This document shows, one piece after another, positions 49,620 to 62,399 of a stretch of 64,000 bases of DNA (position 1 is its first letter; every line of letters starts with the position of its first letter). The notes beneath the pieces are model-generated. The model searched no databases. It had not been told where the DNA came from and saw only the letters and a program-made list of their open reading frames with translations. Position numbers and translations under genes: made by a program. The stretch is from the NCBI GenBank assembly GCA_030390025.1, contig CM059431.1, positions 133,674,001 to 133,738,000 on the forward strand. The letters are read 5' to 3'. Origin of the DNA: Squalus acanthias (lineage: Eukaryota).

Positions 49620-51202
49620 GTCTTAAAGGCATTTGATAAAGTGCCACACAATAGACTTATTAGTAAAATTGAATCAAAGAATTAAAGGGCAGTGGCAGTG
49701 TGGATACAAAATTGGCAGTGAGATAGAAAGCAGGGAGTAGTGGTGAACGGTTGTTTTTTGGACTGGAGGAAAGTATACTGTGATGTCCCCCAGAGGTCGG
49801 AATTAGGACCACTGCTCTATTTGATATATATTAATGACATGGACTTGGGTATGAGGGGTATAATTTCAAAGTTTGCAGATGAGGAGGACAGTAGCAGACT
49901 TCAGGAGAACATTTTAAAAGGGTTGCAGGAACAGGGCGACCTGGGGCTTCACATACACAAATCTTGAAGGTGCCAAGACAAGTTGAGAAAGCTGTTAAAA
50001 AAAGCATACGGGATCCTTGGGCTTTATAAACAGAGGCATATTATAAAAGCAAGGAAGTTATGCTCAATCTTTATAAGTCACTGGTTAGACCTCAGCTAGA
50101 GTATTGGCCCAGATTTTGTGGTAGCAGGGCATCTATCCTTAGTTAGACTTGCCCTTGCACATTTAGGTTTTTACATTTTTTGCATGGCAAGTTTCTGAAA
50201 GTGCGATCTGGTAATGGCGCAGCAAGGGAAACAGGGCATCTGGGACTTGAGTGAACAGGGCAAGCACTGTATATCTCCTTAAACAGTCAGATTGAAGGGT
50301 TAAGAAATAAACAGAGAAACAACGGAGAAGGAAGTATATATTAGAGTGGGTGAATTCAATGCCAAATCAGGTACAGAAAGAGAAATAAAGAGAGGGAAAT
50401 AAATATTGGATTAAGAGAGAAAAAAAAAGACCGAAAAGTAAAGTAAACCGCACAAATACAGCAACTTCACACCATTCAATGCATTTCAATGGTAAGGCAG
50501 ACAGCGAAATATCGTTTTTGTAAAGTGAATGGCTGAGCGATGCAATTTGGACAGCAACTTTTGGGTATTAGCATTCAACCGTGCACCTGCCCCTCACTTG
50601 AATTTGCTGTACCTTTTATGCTTAAATAACAGCGAGCACCATTATTTTGACAGCAAAATTTGAACCAATGTGTCCAATTCTGGGCACCACACTTTAGAAA
50701 TAACGTCAAGGCCTTGGAGAGGGTGCAGAGGAGATTTACTAGAATGGTACCAGGGATGAGGGGTTTCAGTTATCTGGAAATATTGGAGAAGCTGGAGAGT
50801 GTTCTCATTGGAGCAGAGAAGGTTAAGGGGAGATTTAATAGAGGTGTTCAAAATTATGAGGGGTTTTGATAGAATAAATAGGGAGAAACTATTTCCACTG
50901 GCAGGAAGATCGATAGCTAAAGGGCACAGATTTTAAATAATTGGCAAAACAGTCAGGGGGAGGTGAGAAGAATTTTTTTTCTTCAGTGAGTTGTTATGAT
51001 CTGAAATGCATTCCCTGAAAAGGTGGTGACTGCAGATTCAATGCTAACTTTCAAAAAGGGAATTAGATCTCTATTTAAAAAGGAAACATTTGCAGGGCTA
51101 TGGGGAAAGAACAAGGGAGTAGAACTAATTGGATTACTCTTTCAGAGATCCAGCACAGACAAGATGGGCCGAATGGCCTCCTTCTGTGTTGTATGATTCT
51201 AT
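49620..51202 (+). mobile_element. CR1 3' portion split by a MITE
   Basis: KAFDKVPH onward; CAGCTAGAGTATT and GTGTCCAATTCTGG rejoin across 50106-50667. Confidence 0.85.
50106..50667. mobile_element. Harbinger-type MITE
   Basis: TIR GGCCCAGATTTTG / CAAAATTTGAACC; flanks ATT/AAT. Confidence 0.7.
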
Positions 51203-51274
51203 AATATCATAAATGAGCCATTTCATCTATTCAAAAAACTTCTCCCTCAAAGAACAGAAAATATAACTGAGTAC

Positions 51275-51438
51275 AGAGTGCTGATTGTAACCTTCAGCGG
51301 TGGTGAAAAAAAGGCGGTGACAGATTGGCTCTCCGTTATACATGGAGTCAATGGAAAGGAAAATTATCAAGGTATATAACAGGTGGATAATCCGCTACTG
51401 CCCATTTTCTGCCACCATCGAAAGTAAAAATCTGCTCT
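51275..51438. mobile_element. Short imperfect palindromic MITE (half copy at ~48426-48520)
   Basis: GGTGGTGAAAAAAAGGCGGTGACAGATT...GTTATA is mirrored by TATAAC...AATCCGCTACTGCCCATTTTCTGCCACC. Confidence 0.55.
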
Positions 51439-53129
51439 CTAATCTTATTGCTAGTTATACAATTTACCAAACTGAAAGGTTTAACTGTAAGCGCACAAAG
51501 GCAACCACATGTAACTGAAAATCATCAAAGCATTTAGTGCACTGTAGTTTTAAAATTTCAATAACACTTGAAGGCAGGCAAAACATTGAGTTCAGTAATA
51601 AAGGTTCGGTATGCAAGATCCAAATGTGGCCACTCAGGAGAATATTGACATGGATCCAATAAGTCCACCTGGTGGAACAAGGGCTTGGCCCATCATCTAG
51701 CTTCAGTGATTCTGGTAAGTTTTACATTTGTTTATCAAACCACCTCTTCAGAATTTCAGTCTAATTTTTTATCTATTCCCCATTGTACAATATCTGTTGC
51801 AATAATGTATAATGAAATTCCTTTAATGCATACATAATTGACTTGTTCCAATATCAAATCCATTGTCGTCCGTTGATTCCATACTTTTTTGATGTTCAAA
51901 TGGCTGAAAAATGTTGCTATGCTATAGCACTTGTTGCCCTTTGGCATTTTATGTATAGTGCAACATGAACTGAGTAAAACCATATTCTCCTTATATCTTC
52001 ACAGATGATTCATCAACATCTTCATCCTTCAGGTAGGAACAAGACCAATCAATTGGGATTTCAAAGGAAGAGGTGCCTGGTTAGCATGATGAATCTGGTA
52101 TAGCTGAGGAAGACTTGGGACACAGAAGCCATGCACTGAAATGCATTTAGGGAGAAGATCCTTCAGTACTTGGCTGAGCAGCAGTAGGCAATATTTCATA
52201 TGGAGGTATGGCCAGATAAGAGGGACACATTAGCCAGAGTGCACAGCTGATACCCTTTCATCTTCCTTACCACAATTCCCAGTGCACACAGGAGCAGTAC
52301 CTTCGCTCCAAATGTCAGAAACCATGTACATTTTGGGACACTGTGCAGTGTGGGTTCAATCAGGTGCATGGGGACATAAGTGCACTGTAAGATGTTTTGC
52401 AATCATTAGCTGTCACAGAATCACTCTGGTTTTAGCAATGCTGATCCAGTCCTTCTACTTACTATGCCAGAATACAGTTTTCAAGAATCAGCTGAAGGTC
52501 GTCTTGAGGAGAATATTGAGGAACAGCCTTTGCAACAACTTCTTGGGACACACCTAAAGGAGCACTAAAGCACTAATAGATTAAAGATAGATTACACACC
52601 TTTATGTGTAGTAGTCATCATTCCTTGAGATAAAATATTTGTAATATGCCACAGGTAAGGTTAGAATACATATAAGTCACTTTAAAGGCATTTTAACTAG
52701 AATCCATGTAATTTCCCTCTAGGCCATTTTTCATACATTTGTTGCAAAGATTCCTGTCCTTGCACTACTTTTAATATCATTTTTAGTCTTTGCTACTCCT
52801 GATATCATTCTCTTTCATCTCCTTTTAGGGAAGGACTTTGGTTGATGGAAGAGACTTCCAGAGGGAGAATGGTGACTGGAATTGGTTATCTGACATCCTT
52901 CCCCTGAACTTTGCTATTATCATTAGGGCACTTTCCAATGGGATTATTTCTACTTGGTGCTTGGTGTTGGTCTGAGCCATACAGTTATGATTCTACCCTG
53001 TCATGGAGACAACTGCCATTTCTGTTAACCTCTAACATATCTCTATTACAGTTACCTTTGGAATTAATCTGTTCTGTTACCTTGTCCCTCTGCTTTGTAG
53101 CTTCTGTCATGTGCTCCATTTAAAAGTGT

Positions 53130-53337
53130 CAGCATGCCACTTTCAACTTTGTATCAGAAAGTTGTGTAGTCAAGCCCCACTCCAGGAATTGACCACATAA
53201 TCTAGGCTGGCATTTGAGTCCAGTACAGAGGGGATGCTGCATTGTTAGATATGTTGCCTTTTTAATGAAATGTTAAACTGAGGCCCTTTCAGTTGAATGT
53301 AAAAGATCCCATGGCAGTATTCAAAGAAGAGCAGAGG
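53130..53337 (+). mobile_element. DeuSINE 5' half; the 3' half is at 56149-56346, split by a CR1
   Basis: ...AAGAAGAGCAGAGG resumes as CCTGGCCAACATTTATCCCTCAA after the CR1. Confidence 0.8.
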
Positions 53338-56148
53338 AATAGAATCATAGAATGGTTACAGCACAGAAGGAGGCCATTCGGCCCGTTGAGCCCATGCCGG
53401 CTCTGCAAGAGCACTTCAGCTCGTCTCATACCCCCGCCCTTTCCCCGTAGCCCTGCAATATTTTTTTCTTCATGTACTTATCCAATTCCCTTTTGAAAGC
53501 CACAATTGAATCTGCCTCCACCATCCTTTCAGGTATTGCATTCCAGCTCCTAACCACTCGCTGCATAAAAAAGTTTTTCCTCATGTCGCCTTTAGTTCTT
53601 CTGCCAATCACCTTAAATCTGTGTCCTCTGGTTCTCGACCCTTCCGCCAATGGGAACAGTTTCTCTCTCTCTACTCTGTCCAGACCACTCATGATTTTGA
53701 ACAACTCTATCAAATCTCCTCTCAACCTTCTCTGCTCTAAAGAGAATAACCCCAGCTTCTCCAGTCTATCCACGTAACTGAACTCCCTCATCCCTGGAAC
53801 CATTCTTGTAAATCTTTTCTGCACCCTCTCTAAGGCCTTCACATCCTTCCTAAAGTGCGGTGCCCAGAATTGGACACAATACTCCAGCTGAGGCAGATCC
53901 AGTGTTTTATAAAACTTCATCATAACTTCCTTGCTTTTGTACACTATACCTCTATTTATGAAGCTCAGGATCCCGTATGCTTTTTTAACCGCTTTCTCAA
54001 CCCGCCCTGCCACCTTTAATGATTTGTGCAAATATACCCCCAGGTCTCTCTGTTCATGCACCCCCTTCAGAATTGTACCCTTTACTTTATATTGCCTCTC
54101 CTCATTCTTCCTACGAAAATGTATCACTTCGCACTTTTCTGCGTTAAATTTTATCTGCCACAAGTCCGCCCATGCCACCAGCCTGTCTATGTTTTCTTGA
54201 AGTCTATCACTACCCTCCTCACTGTTGACTATACTTCCAAGTTTTGTGTCATCTGCAAATTTTGAAATTGTACCCTGTACACCCAAGTTCAAGTCATTAA
54301 TATATATCAAGAAAAGCAGTGGTCCCAGTACCGACCCCTGGGGAACACCACTGTATACCTTCCTCCAGTCTAAAAAACAACTGTTCACCACTACTCTGTT
54401 TCCTGTCACTTAACCAATTTCTTATCCATGCTGCCACTGTCCCTTTTATTCCATGGGCTTCAACTTTGCTGGAAAGCCTATTATGTGGCACTTTATCAAA
54501 CGCCTTTTGGAAGTCCATGTACATTACATCAACTGCATTGCCCTCATCAACCCTCTCTGTTACCTCATCAAAAAACTCAATCAAGTTAGTTAAACACGAT
54601 TTGCCTTTAACAAATCCATGCTGGCTTTCCTTAATTAATCCATACTTGTCCAAGTGACTGTTAATTTTGTCCCGGATTATCATTTCTAAAAGCTTCCCCA
54701 CTACTGAGGTTAAACTGACTGGCCTGTAGTTACTGGGTTTATCCTTACACCCTTTTTTGAACAAGGGTGTAACATTTGCAATTATCCAGTCCTCTGGCAC
54801 CAGCCCCGTATCCGAGGAGGATTGGAACATTATGGCCAGTCCCTCTGCAATTTCCACCTTAACTTCCCTCAGCATCCTAGGATGCATCCCATCCGGTCCT
54901 GGTGACTTATCTACTTTAAGTACAGCCAGCCTTTCTAGTACCTCCTCATTATCAATTTTTATCCCATCCAGTATCTCAACTACCTCCTCTTTCACTATGA
55001 CTTTGGCAGCATCTTCTTCCTTGGTAAAGACAGATGCAAAGTACTCATTTAGTACCTCAGCCATGCCCTCTGCCTCCATGCGTAGGTCTCCATTTTGGTC
55101 CCTAATCGGCCCCACCCCTCCTCTAACCACCCGTTTACTATTTATATGCCTATAGAAGACTTTTGGATTTCATTTTATGTTAGCTGTCAATCTACTCTCA
55201 TACTTTCTGTTTGCCCCTCTTATTTCCTTTTTCACTTCCCCTCTGAACTTTCTATATTCAGCCTGGTTCTCACTTGTATTCTCAGCCTGACATCTGACAT
55301 ATGCCCCCTTTTTCTGCTTCATCTTAATCTCTACCTCTTTCGTCATCCAGGGAGCTCTGACTTTGGTTGCCCTACCTTTCCCCTCGTGGGAATGTACGAC
55401 TGTACCCGAACCATCTCCTCTTTAAAGGCAGCCCGTTGTTCGATTACAGTTTTGCCTGCCAATCTTTGATTCCAATTTACCCGGGCCAGTTCCATTCTCA
55501 ACCCACTGAAATTGGCCTTCCTCCAATTAAGTATTTTTACTTGAGATTGCTCCCTGTCCTTTTCCATAGCTAATCTAAACCTTATGACACTGTGATCTCT
55601 AAATGTTTCCCTACTGACACTTGCTCTACTTGACCCACCTCATTTCCCAGAGCCAGATCCAGCAATGCCTTCTTCCTCGTTGGGCCAGAAGCGTACTGAT
55701 CAAGAAAGTTCTCCTGAACACTCATCAAAAATTCTTCCCTCTCTCTGCCCTTTACACTATTACTATCCCAGTCTATATTTGGATAATTGAAGTCCCCCAT
55801 TATCACTACTCTATCGTTCTTGCACCTCTCTGTAATTTCCCTGCAAATTTGCTCCTCTATATCCTTCCCACTAGTTGGCGGCCTATAGAATACACCTAGT
55901 AGTGTAATGGCACCTCTATTGTTTCTCAACTCTAACAAAATAAATTCTGTCCTTGACCCCTCCAGGACATCCTTTCTCTCCAGCACTGTAATATTCTCCT
56001 TAATCAATACTGCCACCCCACCTCCTTTCTTTCCTTCCCAATCTTTCCTGAACACCTTATATCCAGGAATATTTATTAGCCAATCCTACCCTTTTTTACA
56101 CCAGGTCTCTGTTATCGCCACAACATTATATTCCCATATGTCTATTTG
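53338..56148 (-). mobile_element. CR1 with most of ORF2 (APE endonuclease + RT), frameshifted
   Basis: EN: GGGVAVLIK, FYRPP, MGDFNYP, LLDL (55582-56055); RT frames 54297-55130 and 53426-54409; ATAGAATC tail. Confidence 0.93.
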
Positions 56149-57801
56149 CCTGGCCAACATTTATCCCTCAACTAGCATCACCAAAACAGACTATCTCATT
56201 GCTGTTTGTGGGAACTTTCTGTGTGCAAATTAGCTGCCATATTTGCATACAAATCAACAGTGACTACATTTTGCAAGTAATTTATTAGCTGTGAACTGCT
56301 TTAGGACATCCTAAGTATGTGTAAGGCACTATATAAATGCAAGTTCTTTTTTTATATTACTCACTGCATGTTGTTGGGATACTTCTATCTGAACTCTCTA
56401 ACAAAAATCGGCTCAAAGTGGGTGGGGGATCTGCTGCAACCTCCTAAACTCGATGACACAAGGTACGCCATTTTAAGGTAATGCTTCATTTCTACAGTAA
56501 GAGCAAGCTGTCAGTGCTACTTAGACTTGTAATTGGCAGCTTGCCCATTGGGGTTGGGCAGAAATCTAGCAAGGCTCCCATGATTTAAAGGTAGCCTGCA
56601 TCTCTTAAAGGGTAGGTGCCTTTAGTCTATGGTGAATGTCAGAGATGCTGTTGTAAAAAGAATGTCTACTGCTACAGCCCCCTGTTTCTCAGACAGTGCC
56701 ATAGAGGTTTTGGTGTTAGAGATAACCAGGAGGAAGGAGGTGTTGATCTCCGCAAAAAGGCACAGAGTGCCCTATCAGATAGCCCTGCAACAGTGGGCAG
56801 AGGTAACAGAGCATGTGAATGCCAGGGGTCTGGCAGAATGGATCTGGCAGCAATGTAGGAAGAAGTTCAATGACTTGACCAGAGCTGCTAAGGTAAGATT
56901 CCCAATCACAGCTTTTTTGCAATCTGCACAGCCCTGCATCACTCTACTGTAGCCCCAATATTAACAAGCCCTGCCACCTGCACTTTCTATCTCTCTCCAA
57001 TCACAGCAGCACACTTCAATTTACTTGTTCCTGCTTCCACTTGCACACACTGCACCTGCTCCTGCCCTCACAGTTACTGCTCCCTCTTCCACACACCTGC
57101 TACCTTTTTCTATTCACTAATCAAAGTATGCTAAGCTGCTACAGATGCCTTTACAATGGCATACCTCGTATCAACAGTCCACATATTAACACGGTCATAC
57201 TCTTCCTGCAGCACAAGCTGGTGTACAACAGAAGGGAGCAACTATCAATCCAGGAGCTCACATCAATGGAGGATTGGCAATAGCTGTTATCGGCAGAGGA
57301 AGAGCACAAAGTGTGGCAAATGATGAGGCTGAAGGAAGTGTCCCTGAAGGTGTTTGACCATTTTCCTCTCCTTTTCACTTGAGAATGAATTCTGCGCCTC
57401 ACACCCTCAGAATGACAACCAAATGGCCCATAGAACAGCCATTCATCTGCTGCAGTTTCTCATTACTGCTATGTGCTAACTCTTGTCCATCTCACCTTTT
57501 TCTAAGTCCTTTGTACATCCTGGGACCAGCTGCAGAAGAGGAAAAGGAAGGCAGCCCTCATAAAGAAGCACCATCACTCATTCTGACTCTTGCAAACGCC
57601 AGCGCAGTAATCAGCACTCTGCGTACTTTAGGTAATGAGTTTTAGGGTCTGAAACTGGGAGATTCCCCATGCACAGGAGAGGAGGAGCAAGGGCAGGGGA
57701 AAGGATGACACCTGACATACCTCTCCAGAGAGCGAGCTCACATCCTAGCTCTGCTGCAGAGGCACAGATGAGGGCTTCCAGGGCCCAGCCTTTAAAAGAA
57801 G

Positions 57802-58192
57802 GGATATCGGGTTCATGTCACGCTACAGAACGTGACTTGACATTGTTGTCTGTCTTTCCAGTTTTTAAAAAACAAACACAAAAAAAAACACAAAAAACAA
57901 ACCCCAAAAAAGACGGAGAGAGAGGAAGGGATATGGAGAGAGATCTGCTGCAGTCAGCAGCTTTTGACACGTTGGACCCCCTGGGACACATCTCATTGTC
58001 TTGGCTGTGCTCTTGGTGTGTCTTTGATGTAAGGAAAGATTGTATCTCTGCAGTATCTGTGTTTATATTCTATGAACTTTTGTAGATTCACTCATTATAA
58101 CCTTACCTGAAGAAGGGGCGATAGCTCCGAAAGCTTGTAATTTTAAATAAATCTGTTGGACTATAACCTGGTGTTGTGCGACTTCTCATATT
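57802..58192 (+). mobile_element. Short 3' copy of the Penelope family (last codons + 3' region)
   Basis: Aligns to 25680-26140; 11-bp direct repeat TTTAAAAGAAG at 57791-57801 and 58193-58203. Confidence 0.88.
58103..58140 (+). ncRNA. Minimal type-I hammerhead ribozyme
   Basis: TTAC-CTGAAGA-A-GGGGC-GATA-GCTCC-GAAA-GC-TT-GTAA; stem I covaries relative to the 26047 copy. Confidence 0.85.
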
Positions 58193-58924
58193 TTTAAAAG
58201 AAGACTGATAGGTGTGCACCAGTAATTGTTCAGTGCATTGGACGGCCTATTGAGGAGACTCAGTACCATGTTGGACAGTGTGTGAGGTTATCATATATAG
58301 ATTGAGGCAATGCAGCCTGTGGTGAGCCTCTATGAATGCTGCAGCAGGGCCCTCGATAGCAGAGCCATTGGTGACAGCTCTGACAGCTTCAATAAAAACT
58401 GAAACTGCTGCTATTCAGGCTCTGGACTTCAGCATCTCCACTGGCTTCCACAGTTTGCATCAAAGGATGGATAGGGGCTTCACTGCGAGTGCTGAGGCGC
58501 AGTCAAATGTGAGTGGCAGTGGCACAATGGGAGAGGCTGTTGCTGTCCTCTCTCAAGATGACATCACATCTGCCCCCCCCCCCCCCCCCCCCCCCCCGTG
58601 TCAACCCCTCAACAAATGCCCATCCAAGAAATGCAGCTGGGCTGAACTGCTTCCGAGCCAACCCTTCAACCAATATCCATCCTAGTGCCAGAAAGGCAGC
58701 TGGGTCCAGTAGTAGTTGAGATGCTGCAATGTGCTGCTGGGCCCTCTGAGGTCTGAGCTTCTTGAGGTCACTGACTACGGCCATCGCAAGTGCCCTCATC
58801 GGAAGCTCATTAACTTTCCATCTCCCACGCTGAAGCTCCTAGGGTCACACCACGTAGGAGGTCCAGAATAGGTAGGAGAGCATTAACGCGAGGCACTCGG
58901 GGCTTGCACCTTGGTGATCATTGG

Positions 58925-60127
58925 TTTATGGATGTGGCGTATTTGGACTTTCAAAAGGCTTTCGATAAGGTCCCACATAAGAGATTAGCGTGTAAAGTTA
59001 AGGCACATGGGATTGGGGGTAAGGTATTGACTTGGATAGAGAACTGGTTGGCGGACAGAAAGCAGAGAGTAGGAATTAATGGGTCTTTTTCCGAGTGGCA
59101 GGCAGTGACTAGTGGGGTACCGCAGGGATCGGTCCTTGGACCCCAGCTATTTACAATATACATTAATGATCTAGATAAGGGAATTAAATGTAATATCTCC
59201 AAGTTTGCAGATGACACAAAGCTGGGTGGGAGTGTGTGCTGCGAGGAGGATACCAAGAAACTCCAGGATGATTTGGACAGGTTGGGTGAGTGGGCAGAAG
59301 CGTGGCAGATGCAATATAACGTGGATAAATGCGAGGTTATCCACTTTGGTGTCAAAAACAGAAAGGCAGACTATTATCTGAATGGCAATAGATTGGGAGA
59401 AGGGGAAGTGCAATGAGACCTTGTGCACCAGTCGCTGAAGGTAAGCATGCAGGTGCAGCAGGCGGTGAAGAAGGCAAATGGTATGTTGGCCTTCATAGCG
59501 AAAGGGTTTGAGTATAGGAACAGGGATGTCCTGCTGCAGTTGTACAGGGCCTTGGTGAGACCACACCTTGAGTACTGTGTGCAGTTTTGGTCGCCTTATC
59601 TGAGGAAGGATGTTCTTGCCATGGAAGGAGTTCAGCAAAGATTCACAAGGCTGATACCTGGGATGGCAGGAATGACATATGAGGAGAGATTGGGTCGATT
59701 GGGCTTATACTCGCTGGAGTATAGAAGAATGAGAGGGGATCTCATCAAAACATATAAAATTCTGACAGGTCTGGACAAACTAGATGCAGGAAGATTATTC
59801 CCGATGGTCGGAGAGTCTAGAACCAGGGGTCATAATCTAAGAATAAGGGGTAAGCCATTTAGGACAGAAATGAGGAAGAATTTCTTCACCCAGAGAGTGG
59901 TGAACCTGTGGAATTCTCTACCACAGAAGGTAGTTGAGGCCAAGTCATTAAATATATTCAAGAATGAGTTAGATATATTTCTTAAAGCTAAAGGTATCAA
60001 GGGATATGGGGAGAAGGCAGGTACAGGGTACTGAGTTTGGATGATCAGCCATGATCTCATCGAATGGCGGAGCAGGCTCGAGGGGCCGAATGGCTTACTC
60101 CTGCTCCTATCTTCTATGTTTCTATGT
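58925..60127 (+). mobile_element. Young CR1 3' portion
   Basis: YLDFQKAFDKVPH, KFADDTK, RPHLEYC; TTCTATGT tail. Confidence 0.92.
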
Positions 60128-62026
60128 TTGATGCTCATTGTCAATTACAGTCTTTTACAAAATGCTTGGTGTGCAGAGTTTGTTTGGTGAGAATTTGTTG
60201 ACCAGGCAAAGTGATTTGACTGAAAGACCAGTGTTGGTGTTTGGGTTGAGTGCAGTCCTAAGGATAGTGGAAGGACTGGGACTGATGTTGGGAATGCCTA
60301 ATGGTGCAGGGGAACACGAATGATTTAGCCGAAGAGCCCCTGGTGACTAGCTATTGAAGAGCTCAGGCAGCTAGTAGGATAGGTGAGCCTTGCTCTTCTC
60401 ATCTTCCTGTTTTGTAACCTCCATAGGGAACGAGATGAAGTCATTGGTGCTGGTGAAGAGGGCATCTGCCATCTGCTTGACACAGACATTCACAGCAGAT
60501 TGACTAATGTTGCTAACATCACCTATTGCAGCCTGGAATGAATGCTGAAGTGGAAGGGTTGCTCAGGATGCTAATGATTTTCTCTATCAGGGCTCTGGTG
60601 TAGGCATGGCTTTGATTGTACCTCATCTTGGCATCTATATCTATGGGTGGGTTCTTGGCAGGTGCCATGAGCCACATCTGCAAAGGATAGCCCTTGTCTC
60701 CAAGTAGGCAGCCTCTGAATTGTGGTCTGGGAGAGGGGGTAATTGAGGACTGGCACAGGATGAAGGCATTCTGACTGTTGCCAGGATACTAGGCACAGAC
60801 CTGCATGATGCGCTACATGTCATTACACACCAGCCGCACGTTCAATGGAAGCTCTTCCTGCTCATGTATACTCGTTTAATGTCCGTTACAACAGCCAATA
60901 CAGCCAAAATAGCAAAAGCAGTGCACTTGGAGTCAAAATGAAAATGGTGATTTATCAGAGAACGGCTCATGATCCCTTTAGATAATGCTGGGAGTGTTGC
61001 CATCCTGACTGTTCCTGCCTATGATTTGTGTGTCTATTGTAGACCTGACGAATAGCATGCTAAATTTGTTGAAAATGGCATTTGGGTCCATAGCCAGGCA
61101 CAGGATCCTAATTTGCATGTATGAAATAGGCACCCACCAATTAAAAGCGGGCACGCTTCCAGCACGGAATGGAGTATCACGACCGCAACCCAGTTTTCTT
61201 GGTCCTAGTGCCCATTGATAATTGCTTCCTGCATATCTTCTTTCCAAGGCCTACTTAGGCCTATGTACTGCATTTAAATTTGTGTTTCATTATTGTTTTA
61301 ATAAGGCCAGCGTATGGCTCTGTGAAAACAGTTAATGCCCAATTTGAAAGTTTCTTTTTCCCCCAATAGTGTACGTTCATGTTTCATGTGTTCATGAGGT
61401 TCTATCTAAAACGCACCTGTAGACTTTTACGTTTGTCTTTTATATATTTCATATTACTATTGAATGTCAGCCCCTGTTACCTGCGTTATTAGCGGTGGCC
61501 GAGGTCCCCTGCTACCAGTATGCACTTCGAAAATTAGCCCCCTTGCATGACCTTAGTCTCTTGCAACTTCTCATTCACCTCTCTGTCAAGATAGCAAGTG
61601 CTGAGAATTCATACCCCCAATATTGGTTTCTTCTTGTGAGTGAAGCACTAATTCAGGAAAGCATGTAAATTTATAATCCTGATTTATATCCCCCTCTAAC
61701 TCAAAACTATGGAAGTGTTTCCTTCCCTTAGTCTTCCATTCCTCCGACAATCTACAGGCTTTTAAAATCCAAGTTTGGTATTGTGCAGTCACTATTTCTT
61801 GATTTAATATTCTTCTCTCCCACTGTGGTGCCTGCACTGTGGGCCTTGGCACTTCACACAAGTATCTCAATTAAAAATATGATTTGTCATTGCACATAAG
61901 AGAAAAAGTGTTTCACGTTATCATAAATTTGTTGTAAATACTAATTTCTAATGCAATAAATAACAAAAATCTAATATCTTAGTGAATGTTCAGAATTTGC
62001 TAATGTTTGGTTTCTTTCTTATCCAG

Positions 62027-62188
62027 CTTATATTCAGGTCTGCAGAGGTCTCATGATTGCTGCTGTTTGTCTGGGATTTTTTGGTTGCATACTTTCACTG
62101 GTGGGGATGAAGTGCACAAAAATTGGAGGCCCAGAAAGGATTAAAGGAAAAATTACCTTTTGCGCAGGAATGCTATTCATTCTTTCTG
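62027..62188 (+). CDS. cldn10: Claudin-10 coding exon 2 (162 nt)
   Basis: Polypyrimidine tract + ATCCAG| acceptor; reads (A)YIQVCRGLMIAAVCLGFFGCILSLVGMKCTKIGGPERIKGKITFCAGMLFILS(G), in phase with exon 1; donor G|GTAAGG at 62189. Confidence 0.95.
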
Positions 62189-62399
62189 GTAAGGAGGATC
62201 ACAAGTGTGTAAGAGGGGTCTATACAGTCCTCGGCTGGTTTTCACCGCACGTTTTACTCAGGATGCAATTCTAAAAAGGCAAAGGAACCAAGTTAGTCAC
62301 TTGACTTAGAACAAAATAAGGCCCATACTGTGCTGCCAATCATTCATAAATACACAATCCTGTGCAAAACCATACATTATGCATTCTCAAACTGCATTT

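Larger units (their letters stand above)
56400..61250. mobile_element. Harbinger family 2, copy B: Myb/SANT gene (+, exon 1 ~56662-56892) and transposase remnant (-, ~60400-60900)
   Basis: APCFSDSAIEVLV.EITRRKEVL...WAEVTEHVN...WQQCRKKFNDL, AAG|GTAAGA; 60430-60545 is the reverse complement of 32718-32835; boundaries approximate. Confidence 0.75.
5160..62026 (+). other. cldn10: cldn10 intron 1, 56,867 bp, GT-AG, transposon-filled
   Basis: Joining 5159 to 62027 gives the continuous claudin-10 frame LALD-A-YIQ; no claudin-like exon seen in between. Confidence 0.9.

Noticed and set aside
56629..56952. Host NAIF1/MSANTD gene nested in the intron
   Set aside because: Multi-copy, paired with a transposase remnant, and downstream exons are disrupted by stops and insertions.
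62053..62274. Independent 73-aa membrane protein (likewise the 75-aa ORF at 4940)
   Set aside because: These are claudin-10 exons read through into intron.
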